From an uncultured Candidatus Entotheonella sp. (GTDB lineage Bacteria; Tectomicrobia; Entotheonellia; Entotheonellales; Entotheonellaceae): a stretch of DNA of 64,000 nucleotides. The translations under genes and the position numbers were made by a program. The DNA is taken from positions 768,001 through 832,000 of the forward strand of contig CBDCDA010000001.1 in assembly GCA_965215335.1 (NCBI GenBank), written 5' to 3'. The notes below the pieces were generated by a model. That model was given only the letters and a program-made list of their open reading frames with translations. It was not told the DNA's origin and ran no database searches. Below are positions 38,853 to 50,279 of this stretch, piece after piece; position 1 is the stretch's first letter, and every line of letters begins with the position of its first letter.

Positions 38853-40730
38853 ATGTGTGGAATTAGCGGCATATACCGGAGTGACGACTCTGCGATCGAC
38901 CGTGCTGTACTGCGACGTATGGCAGAATCTCTCCGCCACCGGGGGCCGGACGACAGCGGCGTATACGCCGGCGGACCGATAGGATTCGCGCATACCCGGC
39001 TGAGCATTATCGATCTCTCCTCACAGGGGCATCAGCCCATGCAATCTGATGATGGCGGCTTCGTGCTTGCGTACAACGGAGAGATATATAACTTCAGAGA
39101 AATACGAACCGCCCTGGAGGCCAAAGGGCATCATTTTCGCGGGCGCTCGGACACCGAGGTGGTACTGCGCGCGTACATAGAGTGGGGCGAAGCCTCTTTT
39201 TCCAAATTCGACGGGATGTTCGCCATGTCCGTATGGGACAACCGGAAACGGCGGCTTCACTTGGTGCGAGACCGATTCGGAATCAAGCCTCTATACTATC
39301 ACCACTCGCCTTCGGGAAACCTGATATTCGGCTCGGAAATCAAGGCGATTCTGGCTTCCGGCGAAGTGGAAGCACGAATCAACTGGGAGAGTTTGCACGA
39401 GTACATGTATTATTGTACGGCGTTAGGTGCCAATACAATGTTCGGTGGCATCACCAAGTTGCTTCCCGGTCACGTACTGACGATCGATTCGAGCGGGATG
39501 AAGTGCGTGCCGTACGCCTCGATTCTGGATGTGGACGACATTCGAGACGACCTGTCGACGGCCACCCGTACCGTCCGTTCGAGGCTGGAAGAAGCCGTCA
39601 AGAGCCATCTGGTGAGCGATGTGCCGGTAGGGGTATTTTTGAGCGGCGGTATCGACTCGTCCGCGATTACGTCCTTTGCCAGCAGGCATTACGGGGGCAG
39701 GCTGAAGACGTTTTCCGCCGGTTTCGACTTCGAGCGCGGCGTCAACGAACTGCCGCAGGCACGACTGGTGGCTGAGCATTTCGGGACTGAACACCATGAG
39801 CTACATATCTCGGGCAGCGATCTCGCCCAGGTAATCGAACGCCTGATACGGTGCCACGACGAGCCTTTCGGCGATGCCGCCAACATCCCACTGTATCTTC
39901 TATGCGAGCAGTTGGCCAGTGACGTTAAAGTCATCCTGCAGGGCGATGGAGGAGACGAGATTTTCGCCGGATACGACCGTTACGTTCGACTTTCGCGGCT
40001 ATTCTGGTGGCGACTGATGGGCCGCACCGCCGGTTGGCTTCACCCACTCGCACAGCGACTGACCAGCGGGAGAAAACCATTGCTGGGACTGACGGCGTTC
40101 AGCACATCCGACCCGGAAATGCTTATGGCCAGCATAATGTCTACAGAGCCTTTGTATCGACCACCGGACCGGGTGTTTGCTATCGAGTTCCATTCATTCC
40201 TGAAGGACACAGATCCCTTTTGTCGGTACAAGGAGTTGTATCGACGCTTGGAGCGACTCGACGCCGTACAGAGGATGCTCTACACCGACTCCAGCATCAT
40301 TCTGCCTGATCTGTATTTCGAGAAAGTGGATAAGCCAGCGATGTTTCACAGCGTCGAGGTTCGCGTGCCGCTGGTGGACACCCGCTTGACCGCCTATGTC
40401 ATGGGGCTGCCGTCTGCATACAAAGTCAGAGGGAAGGAGAAGAAGTACGTGCTGCGGCAGGCGTTGCGGGGCATCATACCGGATTCCATATTGGACCGGC
40501 CCAAGACAGGGTTCGGCGTCCCGATGAGCCACTGGCTGAGGACATCGCTGGCCGATTACCTGAAATCGGTATTATTCGATCCTGCAACACAGCGCACCGG
40601 ACTGTTTGACGGTGACGCTGTTGCGCTTTGTATCCGGGAACATCTGGACCGGCGCAGGGACAACGGGCTGTTGCTGTACAAGCTGCTGAATCTGGCCTTG
40701 TGGTTCAAGGAGTACCGGCTGAGTACTTGA
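38853..40730 (+). CDS. asnB: Asparagine synthase-type glutamine amidotransferase (polysaccharide amidation-associated)
   Basis: MCGI, HRGPD, RLSIID, YNGEIYN, LSGGIDSS, GDGGDEIFAGY, EVRVPL. Confidence 0.93.
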   Translation: MCGISGIYRSDDSAIDRAVLRRMAESLRHRGPDDSGVYAGGPIGFAHTRLSIIDLSSQGHQPMQSDDGGFVLAYNGEIYNFREIRTALEAKGHHFRGRSDTEVVLRAYIEWGEASFSKFDGMFAMSVWDNRKRRLHLVRDRFGIKPLYYHHSPSGNLIFGSEIKAILASGEVEARINWESLHEYMYYCTALGANTMFGGITKLLPGHVLTIDSSGMKCVPYASILDVDDIRDDLSTATRTVRSRLEEAVKSHLVSDVPVGVFLSGGIDSSAITSFASRHYGGRLKTFSAGFDFERGVNELPQARLVAEHFGTEHHELHISGSDLAQVIERLIRCHDEPFGDAANIPLYLLCEQLASDVKVILQGDGGDEIFAGYDRYVRLSRLFWWRLMGRTAGWLHPLAQRLTSGRKPLLGLTAFSTSDPEMLMASIMSTEPLYRPPDRVFAIEFHSFLKDTDPFCRYKELYRRLERLDAVQRMLYTDSSIILPDLYFEKVDKPAMFHSVEVRVPLVDTRLTAYVMGLPSAYKVRGKEKKYVLRQALRGIIPDSILDRPKTGFGVPMSHWLRTSLADYLKSVLFDPATQRTGLFDGDAVALCIREHLDRRRDNGLLLYKLLNLALWFKEYRLST

Positions 40731-40913
40731 AGCATTCGGACTGTCTGCCGGCGCGATAAGCGTTAGGTGCTTGATGTTTGGGGGCTGAAGATCCAGATGA
40801 AGAACAGCCTGTGGTCAATTGTCGGAGTGGCGCTGGTGGGCTTCATGCCTGTTGGTGAGGCTGGAGACACTGGATTATGAGGTGCGTACTTTATTGGTAG
40901 CAGAGGGGTTACT

Positions 40914-41933
40914 GTGGCTGAATTCACCGTCAAGGTAGGCCAAATTGGATGCGGCTACTGGGGTAAGAATCTCCTGCGTGTCCTGATGGAATCGGAATAC
41001 ACTGATGTCTGCCGGGTAGTAGACATGTCTTCCGAAGTATGCAGTTATGTCAGGTCCCGTTATCCTAGGCTGCCTGTCTCGCAGGACAAAATGGACGTGT
41101 TCAGCGACGACTCCATCGACGCGGTGGTGGTTGCCACCCCGGCCAGTGACCACTATCGGGCGGCGTTAACTGCGCTGAACGCGGGCAAACACACTTTCGT
41201 GGAAAAGCCGCTCGCGACTGATGCCGAGCAGGCGCAGGAGTTAGTCAACTTGGCGGCATCCAAGGGTCTGGTTCTCATGGTAAACCACACGTTTCTCTTC
41301 AACTCTGTCGTCAATCGGATTAAGCACCTCATCGATACTGAATGCTTGGGTGAGGTCCAATATCTGTACAGTCGGCGATTGAACTTGGGCATCATCCGTT
41401 CTGACGTGAACGTCCTCTGGAACCTGGCACCCCACGACGTGTCGATTATCCAATACTGGCTGGAGGCGGAGCCGGAGACCATCGTCGCTAGCGGCGGGAT
41501 ATACCTTCAGCAGCAACTGGAAGACGTGGTGTTTTCGACACTGAAGTTCCCCGGAGGCAAGCTGGCCAACATCCATCTGAGCTGGCTGGATCCGCAGAAG
41601 GTGCGTACCATTACCGTGGTAGGCAGTAAGAAGATGGTCGTTTTCAATGACGTTTCCACGGCCGCCAAGCTAGTGATTCACGATATGGGTGCAGACATCT
41701 CGCGGAACACCTCGGATGCGTCGGGATTCGAGAATTTCAGCCAGTTCCAGGTGATACATCGGCATGGGGACATCGTGATTCCAAAAGTTCCATATCCTGA
41801 ACCACTTACCCGGGCAACAGATTGTTTTCTAAGATGTATCCAAGACGGCTTGGAGCCGATCAGCGGTGGTCAGCACGCCGTCTCTGTGGTTCGCACCATT
41901 CAGCGAATACAAGCCAAGCTGCAGGGATGCTAA
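40914..41933 (+). CDS. Gfo/Idh/MocA oxidoreductase
   Basis: IGCGYWG, ATP...H, EKPL, WNLAPHD, SWLDPQK. Confidence 0.92.
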   Translation: MAEFTVKVGQIGCGYWGKNLLRVLMESEYTDVCRVVDMSSEVCSYVRSRYPRLPVSQDKMDVFSDDSIDAVVVATPASDHYRAALTALNAGKHTFVEKPLATDAEQAQELVNLAASKGLVLMVNHTFLFNSVVNRIKHLIDTECLGEVQYLYSRRLNLGIIRSDVNVLWNLAPHDVSIIQYWLEAEPETIVASGGIYLQQQLEDVVFSTLKFPGGKLANIHLSWLDPQKVRTITVVGSKKMVVFNDVSTAAKLVIHDMGADISRNTSDASGFENFSQFQVIHRHGDIVIPKVPYPEPLTRATDCFLRCIQDGLEPISGGQHAVSVVRTIQRIQAKLQGC

Positions 41934-42032
41934 TGATCAATTCCACGAATCCCTTGTCGTGTCACTTTCATCCAACCCTATCAACCTCTGCACGAAGGAA
42001 AAGAGGTTGGTAGAACGAGGGTGGTGATAACC

Positions 42033-43259
42033 ATGCGGGTAGCGCACGTTACCGTCAGTTACGTCGAGGGGCTGGGCTACGAGGAAAACTACCTCGGTCT
42101 CTTCCAAGCAGCGTTAGGCGTCGATGTTTTCATCATTACTTCGACTAGGTTTCCGGGATGTTGGGCTGACATTTCCGACGTGGACCATCTCCATGATGGC
42201 GTCGAACTAGGTATCCGTGTAGATCGCGGCGTAAAGATACACCGCCTTAAATCGTGGATTCACGCCAGAAACGGTTCGCAGATCATTCTCCGAAGATTCA
42301 AGAATACGCTTAAGAAGATCAAGCCGGACATTCTCCACGTGCACAATCCGGTCGGCGTGTTGACGGCTCAGGCTCTGATGGCAGCCAAGGCTCTCGACAT
42401 TCCCGTGGTGGTAGACAGTCACGTGTGCGGCCATAACATGCATCCGTACGGCGTCCTCAAGCGGCTCTACTACCATGCATTCGGTCGGACGATCCTGCGG
42501 CATTATGATTCGATCATCCGCGCGTATCTGCCGTTGACGCGCGACTGTGAGGAGATTCTGAACGTGTATCTGGAAGTGCCGAATAAGCGCATGACCCACA
42601 CGACATTGGGAGTGGATACCGAGGCGGTCAACTTTCGCCCTGCGGCCAGAAAACGGATTCGAGAACACCTCGGGATTCCCCTGGACGCTCCCGTCGTTGC
42701 GTTCGTGGGCCGCGTCACGCCCGGGAAAGAGGTGGACGTGCTGGTGACTGCATGGAGCCGCTTGGCGCAGGAACATGACGCGTATCTGGTCCTAGTCGGG
42801 CCGTTGACAGACGGAATGGAGGAGTCGCTGAGCGCGCTGATCGACCCAACGCTGACGAGCATGTTGAAGATAACAGGGCTCGTGCCGCATCCGCAACTGC
42901 CCGATTATCTTTCCGCCTGCGACCTCGGGGTATGGTCCGCGGCGCCGGGGATATCCGTAATCGATGCGATGGCGTGCCATGTGGCAATTCTGTACTCGGA
43001 TGCCGGCGCCATAGGTCATCTTGCGGCTTACGGGAACGGCGAATTGTTTGCTCGTGGCGACGTGCGTGCGCTGGTCGCCGCGATCAATGCCATCCTGAGA
43101 GACCGGAGCAGGCTCGAGGTCATGCGGCGCGAATCCCGGCGCCTAGCAGAGGATGTGTTCGACTGGCGAGTAGTCGCGGCACGGACCAATTCGGTATACG
43201 ATGCCGTGCTGCAAGGCAGAGAGCCGTCGCTTCCGGCGATTTGGAGCGTAGATCGATAA
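42033..43259 (+). CDS. GT4 glycosyltransferase
   Basis: FVGRVTPGK, DAMAC, FDWRVVA. Confidence 0.88.
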   Translation: MRVAHVTVSYVEGLGYEENYLGLFQAALGVDVFIITSTRFPGCWADISDVDHLHDGVELGIRVDRGVKIHRLKSWIHARNGSQIILRRFKNTLKKIKPDILHVHNPVGVLTAQALMAAKALDIPVVVDSHVCGHNMHPYGVLKRLYYHAFGRTILRHYDSIIRAYLPLTRDCEEILNVYLEVPNKRMTHTTLGVDTEAVNFRPAARKRIREHLGIPLDAPVVAFVGRVTPGKEVDVLVTAWSRLAQEHDAYLVLVGPLTDGMEESLSALIDPTLTSMLKITGLVPHPQLPDYLSACDLGVWSAAPGISVIDAMACHVAILYSDAGAIGHLAAYGNGELFARGDVRALVAAINAILRDRSRLEVMRRESRRLAEDVFDWRVVAARTNSVYDAVLQGREPSLPAIWSVDR

Positions 43260-44264
43260 GTGAGAACTATCGTCAATGTATTGGTGACATCTGCCGGCGC
43301 CTCTGCTGCCGTCAACGTCATGCAGGCGCTGAGGGCGCAGCACGAAGTTCCCGTGCGGCTTGTCGCAGTCGACCTGGATCCGGTGGCTCCCGGTCTGTAC
43401 TTGGCGGACGCTAGGTACGTGGTGCCGCGCGCGACGGATGCACGATTCGTCCCGGAGATCCTGCGCATCTGCCGTGTGGAGCGGGTCGAGGTGGTCATAC
43501 CGATGCTGGCGGCCGAGGTGCCCGTCATCGCCGCACAGCGGGAGCGATTCGACGAAGCGGGAGTCGCCATGGTAGTTTCGAGCGATGCCACCATCCGCGC
43601 CTGCGCCGACAAGCGACTCGCGCATCGGTTCTTCGTCGACCGCGGCGTGCCGATACCCGAGACCTGGACCGACGGCACGCTCCTCGCACCGGAGACTCTT
43701 CCTTATCCGGTCATCGTCAAGCCTGCAGTCGGCAGCGGTTCCCGCCACACGTACCGCGCGGACGACGCCAATCAGTTCTCTGCGTTCAGATCGCTGGTAC
43801 TCGACCCGATCGCGCAGCGGTTCGTCGAGGGCGCTGAGATTACCGTAGACGTTCTGGCCGACACCGAAGGCAACACTTTGGCAGCGGTGCAACGCGAACG
43901 GATGCGCGTCTCGGATGGCAAAGCGGTAACAGCACGGACGCAGTGGAATGCCGAAATCGACGCTCACGTACGCCGGATTTGCAAACAGGTCAATCTGGCG
44001 GGTCCGGGCAACATCCAGTGTATTAAGACCGAAGACAGGCTGTATTTCATTGAGATCAACGCGCGGTTCGCGGCGGGCGGGCTGCCGCTTTCAGTAGCGG
44101 CAGGAGCGAACCTTCCGCTTATGCTTCTCAGAATGGCGCTTGGCGAATCAATCGTCCCTGTCGCCGACTATCGAATGGGGCTAGTCATGTCCAGGTATCT
44201 GACCGAGCACTTCCTCGAACAGGATTTCTGCGGAAATTATCAGCTTGTCGGGGGTGGCGAATGA
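43260..44264 (+). CDS. ATP-grasp domain protein
   Basis: VIVKPAVGSGS, QRFVEGAEITVD, FIEINARFAAG. Confidence 0.9.
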   Translation: MRTIVNVLVTSAGASAAVNVMQALRAQHEVPVRLVAVDLDPVAPGLYLADARYVVPRATDARFVPEILRICRVERVEVVIPMLAAEVPVIAAQRERFDEAGVAMVVSSDATIRACADKRLAHRFFVDRGVPIPETWTDGTLLAPETLPYPVIVKPAVGSGSRHTYRADDANQFSAFRSLVLDPIAQRFVEGAEITVDVLADTEGNTLAAVQRERMRVSDGKAVTARTQWNAEIDAHVRRICKQVNLAGPGNIQCIKTEDRLYFIEINARFAAGGLPLSVAAGANLPLMLLRMALGESIVPVADYRMGLVMSRYLTEHFLEQDFCGNYQLVGGGE

Positions 44265-44402
44265 ACTTGGCAGGGAGCGGGATACTCCTCGTCCCGGCGG
44301 TGCCAGATTCATCGGCTCACACATCGTCGAGGCGCTATTGGAAGCGGGTACCGCAGTCACGGTGTTCGACAATCTGAGTTCCGGCACCCTTGATAATCTA
44401 CA
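44261..44402 (+). pseudogene. NAD-dependent epimerase/dehydratase 5' remnant cut by an IS
   Basis: GGARFIGSHIVEALLEAGTAVTVFDNLSSG; ATGA-coupled to the previous gene. Confidence 0.8.
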
Positions 44403-45636
44403 GGGCACCTCGAAAAATGCCTCATGGGATGCCCAAAGGTGCCAAGGTCGGCAATTCACCGTTTCGGTATGAACATGAACTCGACTTCCAGGGGGATTTC
44501 GCCGCTCGGCAACGGGAAGTTGCCTGTCAAGGACCGCAGTCGACACCACCTCACACCCGGTTGTGCCTGGCCGGCCATTCCAGGATGGTGTAATTGAACC
44601 AGCCGTCGCATGTTGCATGCGAGGTTCTTGAGAGCTATCCGCGCCGTTGCCCGGACAAGCCCAATGCTGCGAACCAATGTCCCGCCCATGTCATTGGGCT
44701 GCGCCCCAAAAGACATGCTCTACCCGTGCTCGAAACCGTGAACGACTCCTGTTGCCGGCTTTCTCCCAATCCCGTAATGGACGGTTACGATAGCCTTGGC
44801 GATGAATCCGGCTCGTCAACCCCTTGGCCTTGAGCTTCTCCTCAATGGCTTTCGACCGCCAGGCGCTGTCGGCCCACACAGCGGCTTGCCGTGTTGTCCG
44901 TCGTCAGCACCTCGTCAACCGCCTGGCTGTCGAACCGAGGCATCCGTCGCACGACAGCGCCGGATCAGCTTGTACCGACGGTCGATGCCGAGGTGGTTCT
45001 TGTAACCGTAGTGACTTCTGCCGTGTTTCTTCGTCCAGCGCGCATCCGTGTCTTTCTGGCGACGCCGCGGGCCGGCTTGTCCGCCCATGCCCTGGGCGTC
45101 TCACCTTGCCTGATCTGGGCGTTGTCGTCACGACTATTGCGTTGGATGGGAACTGCGACAATCGAAGCATCCATGATCTGGCCGCTCCTGGCCCGGTAGC
45201 CTTGGGTGCGGCAGAGCCACACGGTCTTGGCGTCGGGCACCTTGTCTTCAAGGCGCAAACCCAAAAAACGCACAAAGGAGAGGCGGTCGCGCATCTGGTA
45301 CTCGACCTGATCGTCCGACAGATTGCAGAGGGCGCACAGCGATGGCCTTGAACATGATGACGGCATCCCAGGGCTTGCACCCGGCATTGGACTTGCGCTG
45401 GTCGGGTGGCTTGCGCCAGACTGCCTCCAGGCGGTTGCGGAACGCTTCCCATGGCACGAGGGCATTGATCTTCACCAAGGGGGGGGCCATGCCTGGCATC
45501 CAAGGCGGCGTAGCGATTCTCGACATCGAAAAAGCCCATCTGAGCCATGTTCAATTCTCCCCGCCTCCGGTATCACGTGGTAATGTGTTGCAGTGATTCT
45601 GAACCAGGCGACAGATGCGTATTACTAGAGATGCCC
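44403..45636 (-). mobile_element. IS5 family element, degenerate relative of 27073-29650
   Basis: IRs GGGCACCTCGAAAAATGC and GGGCATCTCTAGTAATAC; multiply frameshifted transposase. Confidence 0.9.
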
Positions 45637-46627
45637 TTCTGTGCAATCGAAGGAGGCCCTATGGGACAGGTACTTCACGGCAGCGCTACGACCACGCACG
45701 CCGTCAGAAAAGCAATACAGCGATCGAAAGTTTCGCTCAAGAAACTGAGCCAAACCTGCGGCATCAACCCAAAAACCGTCCGAAAATGGCGAAAGCGAAA
45801 CACCGTCGAAGATCACAGGACAGGACCCGGACAACCGCGCTCGACGCTTCTCAGCGAGGACGAGGAAGCCCTTATCATAGCCTTCCGCCGGCCACACCCT
45901 GCTGCCCCTCGACGACTGCCTCTTACGCCCTCAAGCCGACCCTCCCGCATCTCACCCATTCGTCACTGCATCACTGCCTGCAACGCCATGACATCCAGCC
46001 GCCTGCCACTCGAAGAGGGCGACAAACCCGAAAGGAAGCGCTTCAAGCGCCACCCCATCGGCTATTTCCATGTCGACATCGACGAACTGCGCACCGCCGA
46101 GGGCAAACTCCATCTGTTCATCACCATCGACCGGACCTCGACGTTCGCCTTCGCCAAGCTAGTTGAACGCGCCAACACGAAAGGAGCGGCAGCATTCCTG
46201 GACGACCTGGTTGCAGCCGTGCCCTACCAGGTCCATACGGTGCTGAGCGACAACGGCACTCAGTTCGCCGATCTTGCCAGGAATCGAGGCGGTGCCACGG
46301 CACGCCTGCGCGGTCACCTGTTCGAGCGGGCGTGTCGGCGACATGGGATCGAGCACCGTCTGACGAAAGCCCAACCATCCCTGGGCCAACGCTCAGGCCG
46401 AGCGCCTGAACCGCACGGTCGAGGAGGCCACCGTCAAGCGTTTCCACGACGAGAGTCATGCCCGACTACGCAGCCACCTGGATGATTTTCTGTCGGCCTG
46501 CAACTTCGCGCGCCGTCTCAAGACCCTCCGGGGCCTTACACCCTACGAATACATCTGCAAGGTCTGGACATTGGAGCCGCAAGGATTCAAAATCAGTCCA
46601 TACCATCAAATCATGGGGCTATACACC
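45637..46627 (+). mobile_element. IS481 family element, degenerate, left end lost
   Basis: MGQVLHGSATTT, GYFHVDI, SDNGTQF; frameshifts; right end CATGGGGCTATACACC. Confidence 0.88.
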
Positions 46628-46648
46628 TAACATCTGAGAAATAGTCGA

Positions 46649-47749
46649 TTGATTCCACTGGCTGACTTGAAAGCCCAGTACGCTGCCATCAAGCCGGAAA
46701 TCCGGATGGCGATCAACGGCGTGTTGGACAGCGCCCAATTCATCAACGGCCCGGATGTTTCCTGCTTTGAGACCGCGTTTGCCGAGTTCTGCCACGCAGA
46801 CCATGCTATTGGCGTAGGTAACGGCACCGATGCCCTCTTGCTGGCGTTGAAAGCCCTCGGCGTCGGTCCCGGCGACGAGATAATCACCACGGCAAACACC
46901 TTTATCGCCACGGCCGAAGCCATCGTCTCGGCCGGAGCTACTCCGGTCTTCATCGACGTGGACTCTGAGCACTTTAACATGACCGCCGCAGGACTGCGTG
47001 CCGCCATCACTTCCAGGACCAAGGCGGCTATTCCCGTCCATCTGTACGGACAACCGGCACCCATGAGGGAGATCATGTCTGTGGCCCGGGAGTGCTCTAT
47101 CAATATTGTCGAGGACACGGCCCAAGCCCACGGAGCAGAGTACGACGGCAGACGCGTCGGGACTTGGGGGGACGTGGCGACGTTGAGTTTCCACCCGGCC
47201 AAGAACCTCGGCGCCTATGGGGATGCGGGGGCAGTGATAACCAACGACACAGAGATTGCCAACACCGTCCGGATGATGAAAGATCACGGCAGGACGGAGA
47301 AATACCTACACGACTTCGCCGGCGTCAACAGCCGACTGGACACCCTACAGGCGGCGATCCTCGGCGTCAAGCTGGCGCACCTGGAAGAGTGGACCGAGGC
47401 GCGAAGGACGGTGGCGGCCAAGTACCATGGCGCGCTGTCGGAGTGCTCATGGCTCACCTTGCCGACCGAAATCCCAGGCGGCCGGCACGTGTACCATTTG
47501 TATGTAATCCAGTCGGACCGTCGCAATAAGCTGATGAAGCACCTAGCCAACGACGGGATAAGCACGGGAATCCATTACCCGGTCCCGCTACACAGGCAAT
47601 CCGCGTTCGCGTCGCTGGGGTATCGTAAGGGAGACTTTCCGGTAGCCGAGCAACTGGCCGATTCGATTCTGTCGATTCCGATATACCCGGAACTGAGAGA
47701 TCAGCAGTTAAGCAGGATTGTTCGATCAATTGGGTCGTTCGGGGGCTGA
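46649..47749 (+). CDS. DegT/DnrJ/EryC1/StrS aminotransferase
   Basis: GNGTDAL, VHLYGQ, EDTAQAHGA, SFHPAKNLGAYGDAG, NSRLDTLQA. Confidence 0.95.
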   Translation: MIPLADLKAQYAAIKPEIRMAINGVLDSAQFINGPDVSCFETAFAEFCHADHAIGVGNGTDALLLALKALGVGPGDEIITTANTFIATAEAIVSAGATPVFIDVDSEHFNMTAAGLRAAITSRTKAAIPVHLYGQPAPMREIMSVARECSINIVEDTAQAHGAEYDGRRVGTWGDVATLSFHPAKNLGAYGDAGAVITNDTEIANTVRMMKDHGRTEKYLHDFAGVNSRLDTLQAAILGVKLAHLEEWTEARRTVAAKYHGALSECSWLTLPTEIPGGRHVYHLYVIQSDRRNKLMKHLANDGISTGIHYPVPLHRQSAFASLGYRKGDFPVAEQLADSILSIPIYPELRDQQLSRIVRSIGSFGG

Positions 47750-47778
47750 ATTCGGCGTGGACTACCATAGGTGAGAAG

Positions 47779-49306
47779 GTAAGCGTTCAGGGGGGCCAAG
47801 TGTGCAGGTATCTATTGCAGACGGCCCTATTATGGGCTACGGTCACACTCGTTTTTCGCTCTCCCGTTGTCCTTCTCAGGAAGTCCCGAATGGAACCGTC
47901 GATACCGCCTGAGTCGCTGTCGCAAACCGATTGGCAGCACACACCACCGGCTGTACAAGCCTATCTCTTCACCCTGCACCAACGCCTGGCCCAACTCCAG
48001 GAACAAATCGACCAACTCCAAAAGCGCTTGCAACGCACGTCCAAGACATCCGACAAACCACCCTCGTCGGATTCACCCTTCCAAAGACCTGTCAGCAAGC
48101 AAGACAAGCCCCCAGGCAAACGGGGCGCACGAATGGGCCATCCTGGGTCAGGCTCCAGATTGCTCCGTCCCACCGAGCGGCGGGCCATCCATCCCGGACC
48201 TTGTGCCTGCGGCCAGGGCGTACCTGGCCAGACAGCGCCGTATCACCTCCATCAGGTCATGGAGTTGCCACCCATGGCGTTGCACGTCACCCACTGGGTC
48301 TTGCACCAAGGCCGATGTTCAGGCTGTGGCCGGCTGCTCAAGGCCCGCCTCCCCAAGGCGCAGCAAACCGGCCATGGCCCGCGTCTGACGGCCTTGATTG
48401 GCGAACTCAGTGCCATGCACCGCATCTCCCGGCGCGGCGTACAGGATTTCTGTCGCTCGGTGTTGGGTGCGCCAATCAGCCTGGGGGCGATTCAGCGTCT
48501 CATCGACCGTACCTCCCTGGCTATTGTGCCGCACGATGCGGCCATGGCTCGCTTGGCCCGCAAGGCACGGGTGGGCTACGTTGACGAGATGCCCTGGTAC
48601 TGCCGCCATGCCTTGCAATGGCTCTGGAGCATGGTCACGGATACCGTCGCCCTGTACCGTATTCATCCCAAGCGTTCGCAGGAAGCCTTCGGGTCTTTGA
48701 TCAAGGATTGGCGCGGCATCCTGGTCAGTGACGGCTACGGGGTGTATCAAGCCTGGGGCAATGCTCGTCAGACCTGCTTGGCGCATCTCATTCGTCGTGC
48801 CCGGGAGTTGTCGCAGCGACAGGTTCCTGGCCTTGCTGCCTGTGGCAAGGCGGTCCTGCAGGAACTCCAGCGTTTGTGTCAGATGGCTCACGCGCCGCCA
48901 AGTGGGGGGGGCAATGGCAGGCATGGTATGCGCGGTTGTGTCGTCTGATGAAACGCTATGGGCTGCGCCCTGATGATGGCGGTCGTCTGGTGAGGTGCTT
49001 ACGGCGCGAGTTGGGTTCGTTGTGGGTGTTTCTCAACGAGTCGGGAGTTGAGCCGACCAACAACCGGGCGGAGCGCGCCTTGCGCTTTGGCGTGTTGTGG
49101 CGCAAGAGTTCCTTGGGTACGGCGAGTATCAAGGGCAATGCCTGGGTGCAACGGAGTCTGTCGCTGCGTCAGACATGTCGGCAACTGGAACAATCGACCT
49201 TCTCGGTGTTGGTTGACGCCCTTGAGGCGTTCATGCACGATCGTCCGCCTGACCTCTCTTGGCTCTACGATAACCCCTCCCATTGCACGGCCCTCTGAAC
49301 GCTTAC
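47779..49306 (+). mobile_element. IS66 family single-ORF (ISBst12-like) element; transposase frameshifted at a G8 run
   Basis: IRs GTAAGCGTTCAG; direct repeat GGTGAGAAG on both sides; KPPSSD, SDGY, QTCLAHL, PTNNRAERALR. Confidence 0.92.
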
Positions 49307-49320
49307 GGTGAGAAGACTAA

Positions 49321-50277
49321 GGTATACAGTCCCATGGATTAATGGTACGATCCTTTCTGTACAATCGAAGGAGGCACTATGGGACAGGTACTCCACGACA
49401 GCGCCACGGCCACGCACGCCGTCAGAAAAGCAATACAGCGACCGAAAGCTTCGCTCAAGAAGAAAGCTTTCGCTCAAGAAACTGAGCCAAACCTGCGGCA
49501 TCAACCCCAAGACCATCCGAAAATGGCGAAAGCGAAACACCGTCGAAGATCACAGGACAGGACCCGGACAACCGCGATCGACACTTCTCGGCGAGGACGA
49601 TCTCTCATCATAGCCTTCCGCCGGCCACACCCTGCTGCCCCTCTACGCCCTCAAGCCGACCCTCCCGCATCTCACCCGTTCGTCACTCCATCGCTGTCTG
49701 AGGCGCCATGTTATCTAGCTGCCTGCCACTCGAAGAGGGGACAAACCCGAAAGGAAGCGCTTCGGGCGCTACCCTATCGGCTATTTCCATATCGACATCG
49801 CCGAACTGCGCACCGCCGAGGGCAAACTCCATCTGTTCATCGCCATCGACCGGACCTCGACGTTCGCCTTCGCCAGGCTGGTGGAACGCGCCAACACGAA
49901 CAATGGCACCCAGTTTGCCGATCTTGCCCGGAACCGAAGCGGCGCCACGACGCGCTTGCGCGGTCACCTGTTCGAGCGGGCGTGTTGGCGACATGGGATC
50001 GAGCGCCGTCTGATGCAGCCCAACCATTCGTGGACCAACGCTCAGGCCGAGCGCCTGAACCGCACGATCAAGGAGGCCACCGTCAAGCGTTTCCACGACG
50101 AGAGTCATGCCCGACTACGCAGCCACCTGGATGATTTTCTGTCGGCCTGCAACTTCGCGCGCCGTCTCAAGACCCTGCAGGGTCTGACGCCCTACGAAAT
50201 ACATCTGCAAGGTCTGGACACTGGAGCCGCAAGGATTCAAAATCAGTCCATACCATCAAATCACGGGACTATTCACC
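49321..50277 (+). mobile_element. IS481 family element, degenerate copy 2
   Basis: Homologous to 45637-46627 with further deletions; ends GGTATACAGTCCCATG / CACGGGACTATTCACC. Confidence 0.88.
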
Positions 50278-50279
50278 TA

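Noticed and set aside
40797..40880. 27-aa signal-peptide-like ORF MKNSLWSIVGVALVGF...
   Set aside because: Too short to support; possibly a gene remnant.
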